Below are positions 53,977-64,000 of a stretch of DNA of 64,000 nt, piece after piece. Position numbers and translations under genes: made by a program. Each line of letters begins with the position of its first letter. Position 1 is the first letter of the stretch. This stretch comes from Chrysomallon squamiferum. Its lineage: Eukaryota; Animalia; Mollusca. The notes beneath the pieces are model-generated. The model saw nothing but the letters and a program-made list of their open reading frames with translations, had not been told where the DNA came from and did not search any database. Where the stretch lies: contig CM022677.1 in NCBI GenBank assembly GCA_012295275.1, positions 5,084,001-5,148,000 of the forward strand, given 5' to 3'.

Positions 53977-54321
53977 GTGAGTTTTTTTTATCTTATTTCT
54001 ATTTCTTAGAGAATAAAATAAGTTTTATAGTAACAACTTTTTATTGACTGTAAAATAGCAGAATAATATTCATTTATTTGCTATTGTTTTGTTAATTATT
54101 TAAATTATTACCATTATCATCAGTATCATTACAATGATTATACAAATTATATCAAAAATATCCCACACCCCTTTGTGTCTGAATAATCCAGGATCTGGTA
54201 CCAGTGCAATTTAAATTTTAATAACAGAAACATTAATTATTTGTTTATAACAGTTTATTATTTTTATTATTTTATTTGTATTTTTTTCCGAATGCACATA
54301 CAGTTCTAATTGATGTGCTGA

Positions 54322-54575
54322 TAGTCTGGTGGTAGGGACCGATAAGCGTGCATTGCGGTCCGTACAAAGTTTTTTTCAGGTTTCTATACCTCCGAGATGT
54401 GCTCTTTAAGAATCTGAATGATGCCACTCTGTCATCCTTGGGCAATCCGCACAATATGCAAATTAAGGCAGCCATTACTGAAAATCTTGTTTTCGTCAAT
54501 ATCTCAGTAACTATGCATGGTATCAAAATAATTTTGGTGTCTATATCAAACATTTTATATTTAACAATACAAAAA
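54322..54575 (+). mobile_element. DNA transposon terminal fragment, probably Academ-type
   Basis: Abrupt GC-richer insert starting TAGTCTGGTGGTAGGGACC exactly where copy C homology ends, with subterminal-type motif aatatctcagtaactatgcat...attttggtgtcta. The Academ call rests on the recalled 5'-TAG terminus only. Confidence 0.45.
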
Positions 54576-55599
54576 TAATACAGAAAGAAAAGTTGATATT
54601 GCGGGAAAAGGTTATTAACGCCGCATAACTAGAGTAAATATTTCATTTTTATTTGTGAAAAAAACAAACAAAAAAAACATGTTTAGTAGGAGCGCAGTTA
54701 ATATGACAGAATGTAGAATCAGTGTAAATCGAGAATTATAGAAGAGGTTAAGTGATAAAAAGAAAAAAATTAAACTTTAATAACAACTAACATTAATGTT
54801 AATATTTCAGATAAAATAGTGTTGACGGAAATAAATTACAAAACGCAGTACAGATAAAGAAAATGTCAGGATTTTTTTTATTTTTTTTTATTTTTTTTTT
54901 GTTATCAATCTTAGTTTACTTTGCAAGTATTAGAAAACAAATGCACACATTTGTTTTTCTTTCTTTTCTAATTTTGGTTTTTAATTTTTTTTTTCATGCT
55001 GAGCACGGTTTATAAAAATATATTGAAACTTTTTTAAAAGCTTACGGCACAAGAGAACAAATATTTTATTATAAATCATATTAACAGGATGAAATACCTT
55101 TTCTGAAGACTGATAAAATATATATATATATATATATATATATTGTTTTTATGTGTAAGGGCCGTTTGTAATTTCAAGACTATTAAATTTTGAGTATTTT
55201 TAATTGTTTAATAATAATAATAATTTTTACAGGAAAATGTGATAATTAATTACAGGTGTATGATGGTAACAACTGAATACAGCAAATGGATCTTTCTGTT
55301 TATCTGTCTGGTATATTACGTGACGCTGCACCTAAAAAGAAAATATCTGATAATTCGTTTTTATCAATCTCAATTTAAATCATTTTTCAAAGAAAGATTT
55401 ATTTGGGATCATCGTTATTTTCCGGCTGCCAAAACTGTCGCATATTTTGACATCTAAAATAATAATATGATGCTTGCTGAAGGACGAAGTTAGTTTCATT
55501 TTTACAACATCTTCGTCTCAGAATTTTGTTTATACATGGTAGAATTTGTTGGTAGTGTAAAACTAATGACGTGAGGTAATTTTAATGCCAATACCCCCA

Positions 55600-56265
55600 A
55601 ACCTTAATTCTTACGCAAAGGCTACTTCTAATGATGATGCTAAAATTATTTTTATTATTATTATAACATTCATAGTAATATTTACAATATCCCTAACATT
55701 GAGCCCTATCTCTAACTCTGACCTAAAACTATTTTCCACACTACCGTAATCCTAAGTCTAACCCAAACAATAACCCTAATCTTAACCCTAACCTAACCTA
55801 ACCCTAGCTCAAAATCTAAACCTAATCCTAACTATGTCTAACCCAAACAATAACCCTAATCTTAACCCTAACATAACCCTAACCCTAACCCCGACTCTAT
55901 CCCTAACACTAATACTAACTCTGATCATAAAACTGTTTTGCAGATTATCGTAAGACTCATAATAAACTTTGAATAACCCTAACCCTAACCCTAACCCTAA
56001 CTCTAACCCTAACCCTCATCCTAAAGCTAACCACAGCCGAACTTCTAAAGCTAATCTTACTCAAGTCCTGATCCTTGATTCTTAACTCTACTTCTAATCG
56101 TGAGCCTAAAATTATTTCCACATTATCATAACCTCATACTAAAATTTACATAACCCGAGCCCGAACCCTAACCCAAACCTTAAGCCCTAACTCTGACGCT
56201 AAAGAAGAGCCTAACGTTAATTCTTATGCAAAGTCTATTTCTTACCCTGACCTTAAAACTATTAT
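55600..56265. repeat. Degenerate (TAACCC)n telomere-like tract embedded in longer repeated modules
   Basis: Runs such as taaccctaaccctaaccctaaccctaac (55974-56001); a duplicated ~45-bp block at about 55756 and 55836; recurring cctaaaactatttt...attatc.taa modules. Confidence 0.8.
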
Positions 56266-56763
56266 TAAGATTACTTTATAAATTTTACTTTATAGTCATT
56301 TGAACTGTTTAAAATACAGGGGGTGTTTTCTTGCAGGTTGGAGCAAATTTTGAGAAATGAACACCGAGAAGAAAATTTATTATTATTATTTTTTTTATCT
56401 TAACTTGTTGATACATTTTGACTCAATGTGTGGCGTCTATGAAAACAGCTAACGTGTTTTCAGTATACTTAGATAGTTAACCTGATTCAGTACTTTTATT
56501 ATGTTTGACAGAGCTGTTACTTTTTCCTTGTACTGCCAGCACTACTGTTTCTGTTTTTCTTACTGTTTTTAGTATTATTGTTGTTATTTATTTATTTATT
56601 TATTTGTTAACTTGTTTATTTATGTATTTGTTTATTTGTTGTTTTTTTTAAAATATTTGCTGTTTATTAATATGTTTATTTATTATTAATTAGTTTTTGT
56701 TTTTATTTTTTCATTTGTTTACTTATTTATCTATTAAAAACTTCTACTCTCTCTTTCTCTCTT

Positions 56764-56802
<39 letters not shown>

Positions 56803-58229
56803 AAGTTGACTTTGTACTAAAATAATGTTTGTCTATATTTAATAAACTTTAGTCTTGAGAAAACAGATTAGTAGGTCATGTTATCGCTAACACGTGTTTC
56901 AATAACAAGATGAACAGAGACGACAAAAATTTGTACACGGGTCTTAGTGGTATTCCAACTTTCCAACATACAAACATATGATCATAAATAAATTATTATT
57001 ATTATTATTACATGAATTTTATTTCAAATATTTTAAATTACATTAAACCAAGTTTTTCCTCTGTACCTAGTGTTATCTTGAATACAACAAAGGTTAAAGA
57101 TTTATTTTAAGAAGTGTTTTATCTGTGTCAGTCACGCGGTCAGCAGATTGTTGGAGAGAGAAATATTTGATATCAGGTCTGTACTCTTATTAAATCACTG
57201 AACTGTCAGAAAATTAGTTACAACAGGGAAATTTTACTATTAGACATTCTGATTATTTTCTGTTGTCGCATAAGCCATACAGACCCGAATATTACTTTTT
57301 CTTATAAACAGTAACATTCAACTATGTTCATGATGTTTTCGGAGTGCGTCATAATTTTAGAATCTGGAAGAGGGGGGAGAGATAAGGGCCGTTTGACTAC
57401 AACACACACAGGCACACACAAAAGCGCGCGCACGCAGATATACACACGCATACATATTTACAATAATACATACAAACATATGCGTGTGTATATGTGTGTG
57501 TGTGTGCGAATTCATATTAAAATCACACACACACATGTACATACATGTATACATGCAAGGACAAAAAATATATTGTGTGTGTGTGTGTTCGTGCGTATTT
57601 GATTTAATATGAACTCTTAGGTTCAGTAAAGTAAATCGCTGTCAAGATATATGTAAGATAAAAATCACAAACGCACTGATTTGACCCGCCTTAGAAAATA
57701 AAAATAAATAAAAAAATAGACATAGATATATATTTTGTTTAAAAGCAGATCGACTGTTGAGAACTAATACTACTACTACTACTACTACTAATAATAATAA
57801 TAACAACAACAATAGGAGTAATAATAAAAACCGAGAAGTAATAAAGAAATATAACATTTTTTAATTTTTTTTTTTTTTATTTTTTTTTTTTTTTGTGTAC
57901 ATACGTGACACAAATGGCAGGTTCACAGAAGCGAAAGTTTTTAAAACGTTACATAATGAAATTAACCAGTAAATACAGTATAAAACTCTTTTATAACCAG
58001 AATGGTCAGAATTTAATTTTATTTATTTTATTTATTTTATTTATTTTATTTATTTTATTTAATTTTATTTTATAATTGTAATTATTTGCCAACATTTAAT
58101 GAAAGAGAAACACATAATAAAATAAAATTAAACGAATGAATAAATAAATAAATAAACAATAAGAGCATTAAATTTGACATTAAATCTGTTGGTAATATAT
58201 ATGTCACACGATTAACATGCGTTCTATTG

Positions 58230-58260
<31 letters not shown>

Positions 58261-58312
58261 TTTCTGTGTGCGCGCGCTCATGTAAGAGTGTCTATTATTT
58301 ATTAAAACTTTC

Positions 58313-58436
<124 letters not shown>

Positions 58437-58742
58437 GTATGTATGTGTGTGTATTTGTGTGCGTGTGTGTCTATGTGCGTATGTGTGTGTGTGTTTGTCT
58501 GCGTATCCTGTCTGTACTCTTATTAAATCACTGTTTTGTCAGAAAATTAGTAAGTCAGTAAGACAGTAAGTCATGTTATAACTGACACGTGTTTTAGTAA
58601 TAAATTAATTATACACGAGTTGAACATACATAACTAAATATAAACAGAGTAAACAAATGATATTGTTAATATTAAAAAAAGGTGATCATAAACAAATTTT
58701 AATTTACAAGATTAGAAATAGCAGTTATTATTGTAATCGTTA

Positions 58743-58743
58743 C

Positions 58744-58790
<47 letters not shown>

Positions 58791-59075
58791 CAGTGGTAGT
58801 AGTAAAGGTGTAGCAGCAGGCCTAACACGTGCAGTATTAGTAACACTGGTAACAGCATGGTAGTAGTAGTAATAACAGTCATAACAGTATGATAGTAGTA
58901 GTAATAACAGTAATAACAGTATGATAGTAGTAGTAATAACAGTAATAACAGTATGATAGTAGTAGTAATAACAGTAATAATAGTATGATAGTAGTAGTAA
59001 TAACAGTATGATAGTAGTAGTAATAACAGTAATAACAGTATGATAGTAGTAGTAATAACAGTAATAACAGTATAA
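58743..59075. repeat. (AGT)n plus 32-bp minisatellite (gatagtagtagtaataacagtaataacagtat)n
   Basis: Units start at 58891, 58923 and 58955, etc. Confidence 0.95.
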
Positions 59076-60269
59076 CAGATAGTTGTTGTTTGTTCTATTT
59101 GTAAAATGTTATACAAGTTAACAGCAGTGAGAATGTTACAAACATGTTGTAGTAGCTGTAATATTACAGGTAACAGTGGTTGTAATAAGTAACTATACAA
59201 ATACCACACCCCTCCCATTATTTAAACAAGCTCGGACCTCGATGTTGTATTTCATGTTAAAGAGAAAACATCAGTTTACTAAATAAGGCCATGGATTGTG
59301 ACTGAAATACCTCACCTGAGTTTTATCTCCATCACGAGATGGTCAAAGTTCTCTTCAAACGGGTATGTTAGATCACGTATTTGTGTGTTTGTCTCATAGA
59401 ACTGAAACCTGGTTTTCACAGTAACACAGCCTCATTGTCATCTCTTTGTTAAAAAATATCCAGGTAATAAAGCTGAGAACTTTGGCCGTGACAAAACAGA
59501 TTAGTAGGTCTTGTTTCGCTCACTCAAGTTTTAATAATAAGTTAATTATAAACAAACTGAACAGAGATAACAAATATTTCAAATGGTGGTCATAGAACTT
59601 TTCGAATTTACAATAATACTATAATTAATTCAATGCAACTAAATTTTATTAGATTAAAATAATGGCTCGGGTAACTTCAGACGATAAACATTTTTATTAC
59701 AATACAATTAGAATTTACAGAACAATTTAACTTTTACATACAGCCATAGCAATAGTATTTGTATTAACATAGTAAGTTTTGCTTCAGTAACAAATAAAAT
59801 GTTATCTGAACCAGATTCAAAATAGGTTATGCGGTGAATGGAGACTTGAAAAGCTATATAAATGAAAAAAATAAAATAAAAAGTATGGAAAGGGAGAAGC
59901 ACAAGAAGAAAAATCTCCTTTGTTCTTCGGTGAAACAAAATCTTATCTTAATCTCCTCAGATCTTTTTTTTTTTTCTCTCTCTGGACGCTGTTAACTGAA
60001 CAAAAGACGGAGATTTGACTTTGTCATTTCGACCTTTTCTTTCCTGGGAAAAAATATCTCTGTGTATAAATATGTGTGTGTATACATTTTCCACAGGAAA
60101 GAAACGGTCGAAATGACAAATAACAGAAAGTAGCGGCAACCTATGTTAAAATAATTTACGTTTATTTTTGTAAATTTATTGACAAGCACATTATCACCAC
60201 ATATAATTAATATCGGGAAATCAATTTAATTATACTGTCATAAAATAATAATTTTACTCAGTTGTATTT

Positions 60270-60312
<43 letters not shown>

Positions 60313-60326
60313 ATATGCAGGTGTAT

Positions 60327-60395
<69 letters not shown>

Positions 60396-60614
60396 GATTA
60401 ATTACACTTATAAAAATTATAAAATTTATTATAGTTTACAATTACATTATGCTCGTAGTGTGCGTAATATGAAAGAGAGTGAAAGAAATCAGAAGGGAGC
60501 GGAACATGACATAAATAAATATTTGATTATAAATCACCAATTCATTTTTGAACAGCTGCTGACATACATACATACATACATACATACACACTCCAGTACA
60601 TACACACGCATACA

Positions 60615-60700
<86 letters not shown>

Positions 60701-60711
60701 GAGAGAAAGAC

Positions 60712-61629
60712 CTGTAATTTTAAAAATGAGGTCACTGATTGTGATTTTTAAACTGAAGACTGACCCAATATCAGCATCTATGTAACCTTTTGATCTTCCT
60801 TTTCACATGAATGAAATTTCAGTTACGGTGATTTTCGATGCATCCTGGATACACTTTCAAAGTTGCCTAATTTGAAATTAAATGATTTTTTGGTTTTGTT
60901 CAAACAGAGGTGGGTAAAGCAACACAATCAGTATTATTTGGTTCTCTTCTGTTTACAAAAGCTTTATACACTGGTAGAGTAGCTATTAGTTTGTATTGTT
61001 TCACGCTGTCGAGGTATACTGGTATTTTCACGTTGTCCTCTTCCGCACATTTAGATGGGTAACTTCTCTGTCTAAGTTTAGCTTTTTGGTCAACATTAAT
61101 TCGAGGCGAAGAGTTCAGACCGGGTAGATCACTCGTACAGTGAATTTTACACTGAAGTATGTCCTGCGCGAGACTGCTGTCATATCTTAATATCTAGACT
61201 CACTGTGTCCAGTTCCACTCCATCAGATCCGTGAACCTGGATCTTTAAAATATACCAACCTCTTTCCAGAATTACTGATCCTTTCATCTCGGTACTGGAA
61301 TGAAAAACATTCTAGTTATCTCCAGCTGTTTCTGGTGATATGGTGACAATGGATCCTATTTTCTTCTGGTTTAAAACTGCCGTGGTGTTTTCGGGATCGT
61401 TGCCATTAGAGTATCGTAAACTGGAGATTTCTACCGTGGTTGTTTTCTTCAGACAGAAGTAAAAATTAATGGTTTCGTAGCCTGTTAAAAACACTACCTT
61501 CGCTGACAGAGTGTTTGATCGAAAATGTATTCGGTGTTTATCTCGAACCTCGGAGGCTGGTAATGGGTAACTGTTGCTCAGACATAATCTACAGAACGCT
61601 AAAAGTAGAACGGTCTTCACAACGAACAT
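60712..61629 (-). pseudogene. Disrupted intronless gene for a secreted protein with a CBM6/CBM35-like beta-sandwich domain
   Basis: Signal-peptide-like MFVVKTVLLLAFCRLCLS. The frame continues through the stop at 61312-61314: LRYSNGND...IGS...GDN*NVFHSS...VILERGWYILKIQVHGSDGVELDTVSLD. After a frameshift near 61183 it reads DILQCKIHC...RQRSYPSKCAEEDNVKIPVY...PVYKAFVNRREPNNTDC. More stops follow, and it ends at an (AG)n run. Confidence 0.65.
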
Positions 61630-61689
61630 TTTTCAAAAGTTTCAAAACTAGTTACGTATGATTCTTAGATGTTACATAACAAGACACAA

Positions 61690-62170
61690 CAGGGCCCGGC
61701 TGCTGTAGGTCAGCTGGTTATTGTGCACGTCTAGGCAAAGAAGGTTCATGTCTGTTTATCAACACACTGAAACACTTTCCATATAACTGAACATGCATTT
61801 GTTCAGTAGGGTGGAACCTGTCTTGACAATAGTCACACTGCCCATAGACGGGAATGGTGTGGTGAGCATAAGAACTGGTGCATCTGTCGCTGGACACGTG
61901 GCATCTTTTCGTATGTTGCCTGCTCATTCTCGAACTGCCTTACATGCACGGTCGAAATGAAAGGCACGCAAACCCAAAAATTCGATTAATTGTAGATTTA
62001 GCCGTGGACGGGTTATCGTATGGGGAGGTGTATCTGTGACTGTCAGTACACCCAATCCATATTGTGCAAAGAAGAGACATCTCTGGGAAGTACTACCGAG
62101 GCAAGCGGAACAAACGCTGTGAACTGACCACTGGGAGACTTGTGCGCAGTTTGCCTCCATTTTGTCCAAC
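61690..62170 (+). mobile_element. Tc1-like transposase relic
   Basis: PVLT/HRREWCGEHKNWCICRWTRGIFS resembles RxxWxxxHxxWxxxxWxxVxFSDE. RFSRGRVIVWGGVS resembles xGGGSVMVWGGIS, and is followed by IVQ...GKYYR. Confidence 0.75.
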
Positions 62171-62364
62171 GATCTCCAGAAAACATTTTGCGATCAATCA
62201 GTGGATTTTTGTTATTTCTGTCAAATGTATTGTTTACTGTTGTGATTAGAGTTTGACAATAAACACAGTTCTTCTAAACATGTATACAAATTAATTTAAT
62301 TGAGATTCACACGATAAATGACATAATGGCTTTAACAAGGTCTGTATACAGTACTTTGTAACAG

Positions 62365-62564
62365 NNNNNNNNNNNNNNNNNNNNNNNNNNNNNNNNNNNN
62401 NNNNNNNNNNNNNNNNNNNNNNNNNNNNNNNNNNNNNNNNNNNNNNNNNNNNNNNNNNNNNNNNNNNNNNNNNNNNNNNNNNNNNNNNNNNNNNNNNNNN
62501 NNNNNNNNNNNNNNNNNNNNNNNNNNNNNNNNNNNNNNNNNNNNNNNNNNNNNNNNNNNNNNNN
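62365..62564. other. Assembly gap (200 N)
   Basis: Run of exactly 200 N. Confidence 1.
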
Positions 62565-63045
62565 ATAATAATAAAAGTCAACTATAAATATTACTTCTAA
62601 TATTTGTATTAGTTATTACTACTACTCCAACGACAACTACTTCTACTACTAGCTACTATAATTACTACCACTACTAAGAAGAATTGTAATTAATTATGTG
62701 TGAACAGTATGTCAGAAATAAACATCATAAAGAACAGTACGTATAAATAATCAACATCTAAACAAATAACACTGCAGTTAAATAAAATAACAAAAGAACG
62801 ATCTTCAATATATGCTAAAGGGAAAATGCTAAAGTAATAAATAAAATAAAATAATCAAATTAAAACAATTCCTTCAGTTGAGTCAGGTTATCTAGAATAT
62901 CTAGGAAATTTACACGACAGTCAGCCAAAGAGCCAATATTAAAATACCAGGATCGCTTAATAAACGATATTATTACTATTACTGTTTTATTATTATTACT
63001 TTTATGTTGTTGTTATTAAGCCTATTGTCCTTGTTGCTGATATTG

Positions 63046-63081
<36 letters not shown>

Positions 63082-63559
63082 ATTATTATTATTAATGTAT
63101 GACGCATTATATAAAATGTTCTATTCACAGTTATGAAGAATGATATTTGACCCCCTCTCTCACTACTACGTACAAACAACAAAACTTAGTAACTGATATC
63201 TCAAAAACGTGACTAGATACTAAACTGGATAAAACACTGGGGATCTGTAAACTCGTCTTTTAAAGCCCAAAGTTACAAATCATATTTCGTCTTTTCCTCT
63301 CTATTCACGCTCGAGTTACTTGGATCTAGGGACTGATTCACAATAATCACAGAGGAGGGGAACAGGGCCGGTACTGAGGCTTCAGAATTTTTAGGATGAG
63401 GAACAAAACCATATATTATTGTTTCATTTTGTTTTATTTTTATTTTATTTTTTTCAACTTGATTTCAGTTTCCTAATACTTCCTAACCTATAAGTAGACA
63501 GGTAGACAGATTTAAACATTGTGACGTCATCTTTCTAAAACAGATTACGGAACAAATCA

Positions 63560-63615
<56 letters not shown>

Positions 63616-64000
63616 AACAACAATATTAGTTGTTGCTGCAGCTGTAATAGCAGTATCTCCTTTTTATACACTAGAACGCAACAAACACAAGACACTTTTA
63701 AAACTGTATTCGCGCTATTGCCGAACATTCACTCTATCATTAAAGAATAACATAGATGGGTAACATTAACAGAAAATATACATATATATATATATAGATA
63801 TAAATATATAATTAGTTACCCAGAGCTTTCCACTCTTCTCCCCTAATAAATAATAATTTAAAACAATCTCGCTTCTTTTATAGAAAATATTCGATGATGA
63901 ACTCTTAAAAGTAGTTTTTAAAATGAGGAGTTTCAGAAGTATGGTTAGCATTTTGGTTAGGGTTGTGGTTAGGTTTAGGTTAGTCCAACTTATGTGCAGA

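Larger units (their letters stand above)
49845..54320 (+). repeat. Segmental duplicate (copy C), inverted relative to about 4150-10520 and 30715-31555
   Basis: Reverse-complement matches: 49845-49940 to 10425-10520; 49960-50175 to 9700-9940; 50700-50780 to 8740-8800; 51690-52830 to 5330-6450; 53030-53215 to 4915-5075; 53390-54300 to 4150-4920 and 30715-31555. Confidence 0.9.

Noticed and set aside
54272-54578. Overlapping 93-aa and 76-aa ORFs as small genes
   Set aside because: They fall in a transposon terminal region; no recognisable protein features.
55970-56015. True chromosome end
   Set aside because: Only a few perfect units, degenerate and flanked by ordinary sequence on both sides.
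61718-62169. Minus-strand 69-aa and 81-aa ORFs forming an operon or viral cassette with the secreted gene
   Set aside because: They are the antisense of a plus-strand Tc1 transposase relic.

Overview
AT-rich, intron- and microsatellite-rich animal genomic DNA. It is probably molluscan or another lophotrochozoan; this is inferred from composition and repeat families, not proven. There are two 200-N scaffold gaps (13209-13408, 62365-62564). I found no intact gene. The window is a graveyard of duplicated and decayed sequence. (1) A four-level nested mobile-element stack (LINE > piggyBac > Ginger2-like element > in-frame 21-bp minisatellite) is present twice, at 1-3.8 kb and 20.9-29.2 kb. (2) An 11-exon unprocessed pseudogene of MCC (mutated in colorectal cancer) lies on the minus strand at 32.4-39.5 kb. 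(3) An unidentified spliced gene survives as three partial diverged copies: A at 4-6.4 kb (-), B at 18-31.6 kb (-) and C at 51.7-54.3 kb (+). (4) A disrupted intronless gene for a secreted protein with a CBM6/CBM35-like jelly-roll signature lies at 60.7-61.6 kb. (5) There are relics of hAT, mariner, Tc1, MULE and probably Academ elements, many minisatellites, and two oppositely oriented arrays of a CpG-rich ~130-bp repeat that may be the arms of a foldback-like element. All family assignments come from recalled motifs and hand translation; no search was run. I cannot claim a functioning novel system. The best candidates for novelty are the frame-preserving coding minisatellites inside transposon proteins, the foldback-like structure, and the secreted CBM-like family.
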